Below, piece after piece: positions 20,301 to 28,808 of a stretch of 64,000 bases of DNA. The translations under genes and the position numbers were made by a program. The stretch spans positions 25,196 through 89,195 of the forward strand of contig CAWCDW010000009.1 in NCBI GenBank assembly GCA_963794475.1, read 5' to 3'. This stretch comes from an uncultured Alphaproteobacteria bacterium (GTDB lineage: Bacteria; Pseudomonadota; Alphaproteobacteria; Rhizobiales; Beijerinckiaceae). Each line of letters opens with the position of its first letter. Position 1 is the first letter of the stretch. The notes under the pieces were generated by a model. The model had not been told where the DNA came from and searched no databases. It saw only the letters and a program-made list of their open reading frames with translations.

Positions 20301-20653
20301 TCGAAGGGCCTCCCGTCAGCGTTGCGCCGATGGCCGCAATTCCGCTTGTCCTCGCGCTGCATGAGCTCGCCACCAACGCCGTCAAATATGGCGCCCTCTC
20401 GCGCCCGGAAGGCAAGCTCTCGGTTCAATGGTCGGTGCAAAGGCCGGATGAAGCTTTGCCCCAAATCAGCCTTGTCTGGAAAGAACGCGACGGCCCTCCC
20501 GTGAAGCCGCCGCTTCGCGTCGGGTTTGGCACGCGGCTCATCAAATCCAGCGCGGAGCAGATGGGGGCCGATATTCAAATCGATTACCAACCCGACGGCG
20601 TCCACTGCCATTTCGCGCTTGCGAGATTTTTGCCGGAGAACAGCGCTCCCTAG
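17372..20653 (+). CDS. Hybrid sensor kinase: PAS-GAF-HisKA-HATPase-REC-PAS-HWE kinase
   Basis: NVSHEFRTPL; NLLSNAYKF/DTGVGI/GTGIGL; AEDN..SDVMMP..KPFS; DELNHRVKNTL, LHELATNAVKYGAL, WKERDGP. Confidence 0.93.
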   Translation: MASGPEPEIESRGDPVFAGGGELGKLIRNYDWAKTPLGPLSQWPQSLRTAVGIILASRQPFWIGWGPELTYLYNDPYKSIIGGKHPWALGRPTKEVWSEIWADISPMLDQAMTGSEGTYVEQQLLIMERSGYPEETYYTFSYSPIRDDRGQPAGIICANTDDTARVVGAREIALLGDLASATAQARSRNEAIAAVSRVLADRPLDLPFSLIYWAEASGSFLLAGASGIEPGHPAAPHSIDFDALRPWPLGRVLRSAEPLQAHPLKGSAELPMGAWAKPPQSSVLLPLKIGAGGSPGVFVAALNPFRKLDARYRGFLGLIAGQIAAGISNAEAHAAERERAEKLAEIDRAKTQFFSNVSHEFRTPLTLLLSPVEQLLAQPQTEDTKASLQLARRNAHRLLRLVNSLLDLSRAEAGRLQTRYAATDLASFTAEVAGNFRSLIEAAGLALEIDCAPLSEPVYVDRDLWEKIIFNLLSNAYKFTFEGSIRVAVAPSADAKGVKLTVTDTGVGIPADELEHMFDRFHRVEGQKGRSLEGTGIGLALVREYVVLHAGEVEVESAVGEGSTFTVTLPFGNRHLDLNKIDVSAAQSAAPSSRAYVDALSQAEDGLDAFENLSPLPVPAGAARRARLLIAEDNADMRAYLVRLLSRDYAIITAGNGREALATIKADRPDLVLSDVMMPDLDGFGLMAALRGDPQTSSVPFILMSARAGEEARLEGIQAGADDYLTKPFSARELVARVEGSLRLSRARSEAASALGRSAAALARHAADLGEAQRLAKVGSWTWDAATDATTGSAELYRIFGLDPRAGAFPAFKAQDGTLYPNESWVTISNAMQETMRSGKDYQIDVPAFNRGSPIWISMRSEVMRDAKSHAVGLRGTVQDVTERKEAENRQRLLIDELNHRVKNTLAIVQSMVSQTLRENPDPKLFKSTFTARLLALSAAHTLLTGRTWQAAELSEIVAAALAPYRQGKADRARIHVEGPPVSVAPMAAIPLVLALHELATNAVKYGALSRPEGKLSVQWSVQRPDEALPQISLVWKERDGPPVKPPLRVGFGTRLIKSSAEQMGADIQIDYQPDGVHCHFALARFLPENSAP

Positions 20654-20697
20654 CGAAGCGTGCCGATGCTCGATCGAGGGGCGGGATCAAACGCAAA

Positions 20698-21123
20698 TCA
20701 GGCGCCCGGCACCGGCACCAACCCGTGGCGCAGCATGGTTTCCTTCAATCTTGCGGGGTCGGGAGCGCCGCCGCTCAGCAGCGCCGCCATTTCTCGGAAA
20801 TAGCCCGGGCCGAGAATGCCGGGGCTCAGGATGGCGAGGCATTTCGCCGGGTCTTGCGTGTCGTTGCGAAAACCATGCACGACCCCGCGCTTGATGAAGG
20901 CCGTCTGACCCGGACCGATTTCGACGTCGTGACCGTCGATCCGGAACGTGATTACGCCAGTCAATCCGTAGACCGTCTCGTCCCAGCTTTCATGATAATG
21001 GGGCACCGGCATACGGGCCTGCGGCTGCACGATCATCTCGAACACATCGAGGCTGCCGCTCGTATCTTCCTTGCTTCGCAAGAAGCGAAGTTCCAGGTCC
21101 TTGAAGCGAATGACTTCCGCCAT
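20698..21123 (-). CDS. Cupin domain protein
   Basis: PVPHYHESWDETVYG and IKRGVVHGF cupin motifs. Confidence 0.88.
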   Translation of the reverse strand: MAEVIRFKDLELRFLRSKEDTSGSLDVFEMIVQPQARMPVPHYHESWDETVYGLTGVITFRIDGHDVEIGPGQTAFIKRGVVHGFRNDTQDPAKCLAILSPGILGPGYFREMAALLSGGAPDPARLKETMLRHGLVPVPGA

Positions 21124-21167
21124 GTCGTCACACCCTTTGGTTGATGAGGCTGCCCGAGCCACCTCGA

Positions 21168-22073
21168 CTACAGCTCAGCCGGAAAGCCGGGCGCGCGAAG
21201 ATCAGTGTGCAACGCGTCCTCGAGCAATTTCACCACCATGGTTGATGAGGACGCTCCGCCATAGGTTTCACGCGCCCGGATGAAGGCCTGTGTCGTGAGC
21301 GCCGCGAGATCGAGCGGCACGCCGAAATCGCGCCCGAGCTTCATGGCGAAGCCGAGGTCCTTGCAGGCGAGGTCGAAGGTGAAATTGATGTCGTAGCTGC
21401 CGTTGAGGATAAGCTGCGATTCCGTCTCATGCACGAAGCTGTTGCCCGAGCTCGCCTTGATGACGTGGAAGGCCTGCGCGAGATCAAGCCCGCTGCGCTT
21501 GGCAAGCATGAGCGCCTCTCCGGCGGCGACGAGATGCACGAAGGCGAGCATGTTGGTGACGACCTTGATCACCGAAGCGCTGCCGAGGGGCCCGACGTGA
21601 AAGATTTCCTTGCCCATGGCTTGGAGCGCTTGACGATGCTCGGCGAGGATATCGGCATCGCCGCCGACGATGATCGTGATCTCGCCGCGCGCGGCAAGAT
21701 GCACGCCGCCCGTCACCGGCGCTTCCAGGGTCGCGACGCCGTGCGCCGCGGCGATTTTCGCCAGCCGCTCGATTGTGTCTTGATCGTTGGTGCTCATCTC
21801 GATCCAGGTCGCGCCGGATTTGAGGCCCGCGAGCACGCCATTCTCGCCGGCGAGGACGCGTTCGGAAATCTCAGGTGACGGCAGGCAGGTGAAGACGGCG
21901 TCGACCATCCGCGCCAGCGCCTGGGGCGTCGCGGCCCATTGGGCGCCTTCGGCGACGAGCGGTGCGGCGGCCTCGGCGCAAAGATCATGCAGCGCCACGT
22001 CGAAGCCGGCGCGCACCAAGCGCGCCGCGAGCTTGCCGCCGAGCTTGCCGAGACCGATGAACCCGTATCGCAT
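21168..22073 (-). CDS. NAD(P)-dependent oxidoreductase, 3-hydroxyisobutyrate dehydrogenase family
   Basis: GFIGLGKLG, EMSTND, LEAPVTGG, KVVTNML, KDL. Confidence 0.9.
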   Translation of the reverse strand: MRYGFIGLGKLGGKLAARLVRAGFDVALHDLCAEAAAPLVAEGAQWAATPQALARMVDAVFTCLPSPEISERVLAGENGVLAGLKSGATWIEMSTNDQDTIERLAKIAAAHGVATLEAPVTGGVHLAARGEITIIVGGDADILAEHRQALQAMGKEIFHVGPLGSASVIKVVTNMLAFVHLVAAGEALMLAKRSGLDLAQAFHVIKASSGNSFVHETESQLILNGSYDINFTFDLACKDLGFAMKLGRDFGVPLDLAALTTQAFIRARETYGGASSSTMVVKLLEDALHTDLRAPGFPAEL

Positions 22074-22094
22074 CGCGTCACCCTCTCGCGGCGT

Positions 22095-23318
22095 TCAGTC
22101 GGGCGGCCCGACAGGCTTCGCCGCCGGCACGAGGTGGAGCTCCTCGCCCTCGTAAGGATGCGCCAGCGCCACCGCCTCGTCGAGCTCGACGCCGAGGCCG
22201 GGGCTCGCCGGGGGAATGACATAGCCGTCTTCCCAGCGGATCGGCGTCTTCAGCAGTCGCGCCTGGAAACCATCCCAGCGTTCGATGCTCTCCAGAATGA
22301 GAAAATTGGGGCTGCATGTCGCGAGCTGGATGTTGGCGGCGCCGACGACGGGGCCACAGTAAAGATGCGGCGCGATTTGCGCGTAATGCGCTTCCGCCAT
22401 CCCGGCGATCTTCTTGGCCTCGAGCAGGCCGCCGACGCGGCCGAGATTCATTTGCAGGATCGAGGCCGCTTTCGTCTCGAGAACGCGCGAGAATTCATAT
22501 TTCGTGGTCAGGCGTTCCCCCGTGGCGATCGGAATGGTCGTTTGCGCCGCGACGCGAGCCATTTCCTCAGGAGCTTCCGGCGGGGTCGGCTCCTCAAACC
22601 AAAGCGGATCGTAGGCCTCGAGCTTTCGGGCGAGGCGAATGGCGCCAGAGCTCGTGAACTGGCCATGCGTGCCGAACAGGAGATCGCATCTTTTGCCGAC
22701 GGCGGCCCGGAGCGTCTTGCAGAAGGCTTCGCTCAAGCTCAGGCGCTCGAGGCTCGGCTGGCGCGGATCGAAGGCGGAATAGGGGCCGGCCGGATCGAAT
22801 TTCACGGCGGTGAAGCCTTGCGCGAGATAGCGCAGTGCTCGCGCCGCCGCAGCATCCGGGTCGCGATAGACGGCGCTGTCCGAATAGGCGTCGGCGCCGG
22901 GCTCGTCGGGATAAAGATAAGTGTAAGTGCGCAACCGCTCATGAACCTTGCCGCCCAAAAGCGCATAGACCGGTTTGTCGACGGCCTTGCCGACGATATC
23001 CCAGAGCGCCATCTCGATGCCGGAAAGCACGCCCATGAGCGAGATGTCGGGCCGCTGCGAATAACCGCGCCCGTAGACGTTTCGCCAGAGCGCCTCGATG
23101 CGGAACGGGTCGGCGCCGAGCACGTGGTGCTCGAACACATCCTCGATCATCGCGATCATCGTTCGCGGCCGAAAGCTCGCGGCATAGACCTCGCCCAGCC
23201 CCTCGATGCCGTTGTCGGTCACGAGCTTGAGAAGAATGAAATATCGCCCGCCGTGGCGGGGGGGCGGATTGCCGACGACGAAGGTTTTGAGCGCGGCGAT
23301 CTTCAAAGCTCGGTCCAC
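22095..23318 (-). CDS. Mandelate racemase/muconate lactonizing enzyme (enolase superfamily) protein
   Basis: SGIEMALWDIVGK, AVKFDP, WFEEP, ATGERL, IAPHLYCGP; GTG start. Confidence 0.92.
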   Translation of the reverse strand: MDRALKIAALKTFVVGNPPPRHGGRYFILLKLVTDNGIEGLGEVYAASFRPRTMIAMIEDVFEHHVLGADPFRIEALWRNVYGRGYSQRPDISLMGVLSGIEMALWDIVGKAVDKPVYALLGGKVHERLRTYTYLYPDEPGADAYSDSAVYRDPDAAAARALRYLAQGFTAVKFDPAGPYSAFDPRQPSLERLSLSEAFCKTLRAAVGKRCDLLFGTHGQFTSSGAIRLARKLEAYDPLWFEEPTPPEAPEEMARVAAQTTIPIATGERLTTKYEFSRVLETKAASILQMNLGRVGGLLEAKKIAGMAEAHYAQIAPHLYCGPVVGAANIQLATCSPNFLILESIERWDGFQARLLKTPIRWEDGYVIPPASPGLGVELDEAVALAHPYEGEELHLVPAAKPVGPPD

Positions 23319-23424
23319 TTGCCCTTGATGGAGATTTCAACGCGGGATGATGCTCTTCGGCATGTGGCACGCGGCATGCGCGCCTTGAAATCGGAGCTGC
23401 GGATCGATTGCGGCCGCCCGTCCG

Positions 23425-23706
23425 TCAAGGGCGCCCGCGCCCCTTGCCGATGGGCGCGCTGCTCTTCTTGCGCGTCTTGCTCGAGGCCGCCTTATCGGCG
23501 GCGGCCACCGCCTCCGCTTGGCGCTGAGCCTCGTCGCGCGCCTCTCGCAGATGTCGCAGCCGCGCCGTTTTCGCCGCCGTCGAGGTGACGCGCTCGCGCT
23601 CGTCGATGACGCGCTGTTGCGCCTGGCGCGCGCGTTCCTCCTGGATCATCGCGCGCCTTTCGCTGCGCCGCGCCGTTTCTTCGGGAGAAAGCGAGCTCCT
23701 GGCCAT
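23425..23706 (-). CDS. Small basic helical hypothetical protein
   Basis: Charged helix with KTARLRHLREARDEA, resembling common small alphaproteobacterial hypotheticals. Confidence 0.6.
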   Translation of the reverse strand: MARSSLSPEETARRSERRAMIQEERARQAQQRVIDERERVTSTAAKTARLRHLREARDEAQRQAEAVAAADKAASSKTRKKSSAPIGKGRGRP

Positions 23707-23773
23707 GAAGGGTCTGCTCCGTGCGGCTTTCGGACACGCTAAACCGTTCTGAAGGCGGCGTCATCATGCTTGG

Positions 23774-23886
23774 GTGAGGAGTGAGGAGTGAGGAGTGAGG
23801 AGTGAGGATGATCAGGGGCTCTCACCTGTGACGGTGATCATCGCGGGCTCGCCCTTTTTAACCACTCACCACTCCTTTCTTACTCC
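23774..23886. repeat. Heptamer element: (GTGAGGA)5 with degenerate complementary arm (CCACTCA/CCACTCC)
   Basis: Five exact copies at 23774-23808; complementary-like units at 23862-23886. Confidence 0.85.
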
Positions 23887-23970
23887 CCTGCGCTCTCCGG
23901 CTCGAGAAAATATGACTTGATTTTTTCAATTGCTTCTGACTTTTCCGGGACAAAGAGGAGATTCGGCAAT

Positions 23971-24195
23971 ATGGCCAAGAAGAATGTCAAGCCCAGTGAA
24001 CCCACGGGCAAGCTCGTTACTGTCGTTTCGCTGTTGAAACGCAAGAAGGGAGCGACCGTCGAGCAGATCGCCGACGCGATAGATTGGCAAATGCGAGGTG
24101 CATGGACCGCGATCTCGAGGGTCCGTCAGCTCGGCTTCGACGTAGTGAGCGTGAAGCGTCATGGCGGCGACCGCGTCTACAGGATCGCTGCCTGA
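23971..24195 (+). CDS. DUF3489-like small winged-helix protein
   Basis: LLKRKKGATVEQIADAIDWQ..GAWTAIS..GDRVYRI; RBS GAGGAG upstream. Confidence 0.75.
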   Translation: MAKKNVKPSEPTGKLVTVVSLLKRKKGATVEQIADAIDWQMRGAWTAISRVRQLGFDVVSVKRHGGDRVYRIAA

Positions 24196-24218
24196 ACCCG
24201 CGTCGAAGGGTTGAGCGG

Positions 24219-24245
24219 AGGGCACCCGTGCGGGTGCCCTTTTTA
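24219..24245 (+). terminator. Rho-independent terminator
   Basis: Stem AGGGCACCC/GGGTGCCCT, 4-nt loop, T-run. Confidence 0.85.
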
Positions 24246-24478
24246 TTGGCCCTCTCCTCGTCGTTTTGCCTGTCGCGATGCCCTTGACGCACGCGGCAGC
24301 CGCGGGCGCACTCGCACGCCTCTGGCGCCACCATCGGGTTCATTCCATACTCTGACGCGGCCAAGACCAAACCCCGGGCGGGGCGCCGATGAGCTATGGC
24401 CCGGCCTGGGAGCTTTGGATCGCCTCCGACGTGCCTGCCGATCTTTCGCGCCTTGACGATCAACGTAAGGACATCCGG

Positions 24479-26383
24479 ATGGGCAAGACCCTTCAGACCG
24501 CCGGGATGCCCTCGGTCCGCGCCGCAAGGCAGCCCGCGCTTCTCGCGCTCGCCGCCCTCGGTGTCGTCTACGGCGATATCGGCACGAGCACCCTTTATGG
24601 GCTCAAGCAGGCCGTCGAAGCAGGCGGGACGCCGACGCCCGAGAGCGTGTTGGGCATCGTATCGGTGATTCTCTGGTCGCTTCTCCTCGTCGTCGGGCTC
24701 AAATACGCCATCTTGATCTTGCGCGCCGACAACCATGGCGAGGGCGGCATCGTCGCTTTGCTCGCCTTGCTCGATGTCAGGCGCGCGCCGAGCGGGAGCT
24801 GGCGGGCCTCGTTGCTCGTCGTTGGTCTGATCGGGGCGGCCCTGCTCTACGGCGACGGGGTGATCACGCCGGCGATCTCCGTGCTCAGCGCCGTCGAGGG
24901 TCTCAGGATCGACGCGCCCGGTCTCGCGCCCATCGTGGTTCCCATCACCGTCGCCATTTTGGTCGGCCTGTTCCTCGTGCAGCACAAGGGAACCGATTTC
25001 ATCGGCAATATCTTCGGGCCGGTCATGCTCGTATGGTTTGTCGCCATCGGCCTTCTCGGGCTCACCGGCATCATGCGGGCGCCCGGCATTCTGGCCGCGA
25101 TCAACCCTTACCACGCCGTCTTCTACCTGGTGCATGTGGGGCCTGGCATCGCTTTTGCCGTGCTCGGCGCTGCCTTCCTCGCGCTCACGGGGGCCGAGGC
25201 GATGTATGCGGATATGGGGCATTTCGGCCGCCTCCCCATCCAACTCGGCTGGTTTTCCGTCGTGCTGCCGGCCCTGATGCTCAACTATTTCGGGCAGGGA
25301 GGATTGCTGCTCGCGGATCCCAGCGCGGTCGAGAACCCGTTCTATTTGCTCGCACCCCGATGGGCCCACTACCCGATGGTCGCGTTCGCGACCATGGCGA
25401 CCGTGATCGCCTCGCAATCGATCATCTCGGGCGCCTACTCCCTCACCCAACAGGCGATGCAGCTCGGCTTCTTGCCCCGCATGCGGGTGCAGCACACGGC
25501 AAGCCACGAGAAGGGTCAGATCTACATACCCGTTGTGAATTGGCTCCTCGCCGCGGGCACGCTCGCTGCCGTGCTCACATTCGGCTCATCCGACGCGCTT
25601 GGCGGCGCTTATGGCATCGCCGTCTCGATGCTGATGGCGGTCACCACGATCCTCGCGGCCCTGGTCGCGCTGCAATGGGGCTACAACCCGGTCCTGGTCG
25701 CCTTGGTCAACGGATTCTTCCTCGCGATCGAGCTGATCTTCGTTGCCGCCAACATGACGAAGCTGGTCGAGGGCGGCTGGTTCCCGTTGCTCCTGGCGAG
25801 CGTCATTGCGTTCCTCATGCTGACCTGGCGAACCGGGTGGCTCTTGCTGGAGCGGGAACGCGCCAAGCTGCGCCAGCACGAGGCCGAGTTCGTGACCTGG
25901 GTGCTCGACAGTCCACCCATCAGGCTTCCCGGAGCGGCGGCGATCTTCACGGCCGCTAGCACGGGCATCCCGCTCGGCCTGACGCATCACCTGCGGCACA
26001 ATCGGGTCCTGCACGAGCGCGTGCTGCTCATCGCCTCCATCATCACCGACGAGCCGCGCGTGGCGCCCGAGCGGCGCATCAAGCTCGTGCCGGTCGGCGC
26101 CGGCATTACCCGGGTGTTGTTCCATTTCGGGTTCATGGAAACACCGGACGTGATGGCGGGGCTGAAGCTCGCCTGCCTCGAGCCCGAGCTCCACGGGATC
26201 GATCCGCAGAACATCACCTACTACTTCAGGCGCGTGATGGTGATCCCCGGCAAGGGCCGGGGGATGGCGACGTGGAGGAAATCATTATTCGCCACGATGC
26301 ATCTCAACGCCAATCTCCCAGCCGCCTATTTTGGCGTTCCGGCCGCCCAGGTCGTGGAGGTCGGTCTCGAGGTCGAGATCTAG
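24479..26383 (+). CDS. kup: KUP/HAK/KT potassium transporter
   Basis: GVVYGDIGTS, ADNHGEGG, GDGVITPAISVLSAVEG, GAEAMYADMGHFG, GQIYIPVVNW. Confidence 0.97.
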   Translation: MGKTLQTAGMPSVRAARQPALLALAALGVVYGDIGTSTLYGLKQAVEAGGTPTPESVLGIVSVILWSLLLVVGLKYAILILRADNHGEGGIVALLALLDVRRAPSGSWRASLLVVGLIGAALLYGDGVITPAISVLSAVEGLRIDAPGLAPIVVPITVAILVGLFLVQHKGTDFIGNIFGPVMLVWFVAIGLLGLTGIMRAPGILAAINPYHAVFYLVHVGPGIAFAVLGAAFLALTGAEAMYADMGHFGRLPIQLGWFSVVLPALMLNYFGQGGLLLADPSAVENPFYLLAPRWAHYPMVAFATMATVIASQSIISGAYSLTQQAMQLGFLPRMRVQHTASHEKGQIYIPVVNWLLAAGTLAAVLTFGSSDALGGAYGIAVSMLMAVTTILAALVALQWGYNPVLVALVNGFFLAIELIFVAANMTKLVEGGWFPLLLASVIAFLMLTWRTGWLLLERERAKLRQHEAEFVTWVLDSPPIRLPGAAAIFTAASTGIPLGLTHHLRHNRVLHERVLLIASIITDEPRVAPERRIKLVPVGAGITRVLFHFGFMETPDVMAGLKLACLEPELHGIDPQNITYYFRRVMVIPGKGRGMATWRKSLFATMHLNANLPAAYFGVPAAQVVEVGLEVEI

Positions 26384-26393
26384 AACGTGTCGA
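26333..26393 (+). repeat. 61-bp direct repeat (kup 3' end), copy 1
   Basis: Identical to 34472-34532 by manual comparison. Confidence 0.95.
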
Positions 26394-26416
26394 TTTCGGA
26401 TTTCGGTGACCGTGCG
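26394..26416 (+). repeat. Degenerate copy of the TTTCGGTGACAGTGCA motif
   Basis: TTTCGGA-TTTCGGTGACCGTGCG; core 26401-26416 has 2 mismatches to the 34554 copy. Confidence 0.7.
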
Positions 26417-26746
26417 TCTCGCGGCAACGAAGCCGCGAACAAAGCCCACATTTAAAAATCACCGCATCATCTGGTCGGGCGGAGCCACGCCCCGCATAAG
26501 AAGTCTTCCTCCGTGCACGGGTCTCGCAACAAGGAACCTGCGCGTCACCATGATGTTGATGGGCGGGCGCATTATGTGAGCGATGTGTTCGCCGGAACGC
26601 TCGTCGGCATCGCCGGCGGTTAGCCGCACGGAAAATCCAGGTGAGATCGCTGCCCGCCATGAGGTCATGGCGGCAGCCGCGCGCCGCCGCACGCGGCTTA
26701 TCGGAACCCGGCCGGGGGCTTTTCTCTTCCTCTGCTGCAACGATGG

Positions 26747-27706
26747 ATGAGGATCATGCCCAACAGACGAAAGCTCGCTCTCGCGCTCGCGGGCGGCAAT
26801 GCGCTTGGCGCCTTCGAGGCCGGCGCCCTGGCCGAGCTTAGTCGTGCGAGGCACGACGTCGAGGTTGTCGCCGGTACCTCGATCGGCGCGATCAACGCCG
26901 GGCTCTTCCTTGGCGCGCGCGATGGTGATCCCGAGCGAACGCTGATGCGTTTTTGGGAAGAGCTGGCACAGGACGTTTTCGCCTTTTCTCGCAACGAGCA
27001 GATCGCAGGGGCAAGCGTGAGCGCGCTGCTTTTCGGCCGGCCGACCGTTTCGCGCAGCCATATCGGATCGCTGCTCGCGCGCCTCGAGTCCATGGGCGCG
27101 CTTCAGGATCAGGCGCCACTAGCGCACACTCTCGAGCGGCTGATCGATTTCGACAGGTTCGCGCAAAGCAAAACTCGTTTAATCATCTGCGCGGTCGCGC
27201 TCGACCCGGACGAGCCGGTCGTCTTCGACAGCGCGTGCACGAAAATCGACGTTGCCCATTTGATGGCGAGCGCGGCGATGCCGGTGCTGTTTCCGCCCGT
27301 CTTCATCGGAACGCGTGCCTATGTCGATGGCGGGTTCGCACGCAATCTTCCGGTCGAGCCTGTCCTGGCGTCGACGAAACCGCCTTTTGACTGCATCGCT
27401 CTCGATCTCTTCGGGCTCGGAGGCAAAGTGCCGGCATCCCTTGGGGAGGCTGGCGAGCGGATCCAGAACCTCATCTTCGGCCTACAATCCGAGCGCATCT
27501 TACGCGACGCGCAGGTCCGGCGCGATTGCCGTGTCCTTCACGTCGTTTATCGTCCGCCGGAGCCCGAAAGCGTCGTCAAGGCCATCGAGTACTCGCGAGA
27601 ATCCATCCGGATGCGCTGGAAGGCCGGCGAGGAGGCCATGCGGCGCGCGCTGAGACTTTGCGAGCAGACGACCGCGGACAATCTCATTCGCGTTGAGCAC
27701 GTCTGA
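26747..27706 (+). CDS. Patatin-like phospholipase
   Basis: LAGGNALGAFEAG, GTSIG nucleophile elbow, YVDGG. Confidence 0.93.
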   Translation: MRIMPNRRKLALALAGGNALGAFEAGALAELSRARHDVEVVAGTSIGAINAGLFLGARDGDPERTLMRFWEELAQDVFAFSRNEQIAGASVSALLFGRPTVSRSHIGSLLARLESMGALQDQAPLAHTLERLIDFDRFAQSKTRLIICAVALDPDEPVVFDSACTKIDVAHLMASAAMPVLFPPVFIGTRAYVDGGFARNLPVEPVLASTKPPFDCIALDLFGLGGKVPASLGEAGERIQNLIFGLQSERILRDAQVRRDCRVLHVVYRPPEPESVVKAIEYSRESIRMRWKAGEEAMRRALRLCEQTTADNLIRVEHV

Positions 27707-27887
27707 CCGACCAGTCACCGGCGCCATCGCGATTTTAAGGCGCGCCCATTTTCTTGGAAGGACGGCAGAGCGCGTGACGGGCCGGAGATCGGCTTTGCGG
27801 AGTGGACTCTCCAGCTCAGCCGCGTCGACGATAGCGCGGCCGCCGCATCGCATGGTAAATTAAACCCTGATTACCAACGAACACTGG

Positions 27888-28808
27888 ATGTCGATGATCG
27901 ATTACCCGCGCGATCTGGTCGGCTACGCCGACAAGGCACCCAACCCGCGCTGGCCCGGGGGAGGGCGGATCGCGGTCAATTTCGTCCTCAACTACGAGGA
28001 AGGCGGCGAGCGCTCGGTGCTGCATGGCGACGCCTGCTCGGAGACGCGTCTCGCCGATCTTATTGCGGCACCCGTCCAAGGCGCGCGCGATCTCAATATC
28101 GAATCGGCGTATGAATATGGTAGCAGGGTCGGCTTCTGGCGTCTGATGCGCGTTTTTGCCGAACGGCAAGTGCCGCTGACGATCTACGCCGTAGGCATGG
28201 CCCTCGAGCGCAATCCGTATGCAGCCGAGGCAATGGCTCGCCAGGGCTGTGAGATCGTCGGCCATGGCTGGCGCTGGCTCGACTATCGAGGCATCGACGA
28301 GGCGACCGAGCGCGAGCACATCCGGCTCTCAGTGAAGTTGATCCGCAATCTCGTCGGCGTTCGCCCGGCCGGCTGGTACGTGGGTACGCCCAGTGCCAAC
28401 ACGCGGCGGCTCGTGGTCGAGGAAGGTGGGTTCCTCTATGACAGCGATGCCTACAATGACGATCTGCCTTACTGGACGTACCAGTATAGCCGACCGCATC
28501 TTATTATTCCGCACTCACTCGACGATAACGACACCCGTCTGGCGCGCGGTCTTGGCTGGGGACAGGCCGAGGATTTCTTCATCTCGCTGCGCGACAATTT
28601 CGATGCGCTCTACAGCGAGGGTGCGTCGGCACCCAAGCTGATGACCGTCGCGGTCCATTGCCGCCTCGCCGGCAAGCCGGCTCGCGCAGCCGCTTTCGCA
28701 CGGTTCATCGATCATGTCCTGGGACATGAGAAGGTCTGGATTTGCCGTCGCGACGCGATCGCCGAGCACTGGCGGCGGCTACACCCGGCGCGCGGAGCGC
28801 TTCCATGA
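27888..28808 (+). CDS. PuuE-like allantoinase / polysaccharide deacetylase (CE4) family
   Basis: WPGGGRIAVNFVLNYEEGGE, YEYGSRVGFWR, GHGWRW, YNDDLPYW. Confidence 0.88.
   Translation: MSMIDYPRDLVGYADKAPNPRWPGGGRIAVNFVLNYEEGGERSVLHGDACSETRLADLIAAPVQGARDLNIESAYEYGSRVGFWRLMRVFAERQVPLTIYAVGMALERNPYAAEAMARQGCEIVGHGWRWLDYRGIDEATEREHIRLSVKLIRNLVGVRPAGWYVGTPSANTRRLVVEEGGFLYDSDAYNDDLPYWTYQYSRPHLIIPHSLDDNDTRLARGLGWGQAEDFFISLRDNFDALYSEGASAPKLMTVAVHCRLAGKPARAAAFARFIDHVLGHEKVWICRRDAIAEHWRRLHPARGALP

Noticed and set aside
23774-23808. Tandem repeat as a possible CRISPR array
   Set aside because: 7-bp units with no spacers and no cas genes; no CRISPR array seen in the window
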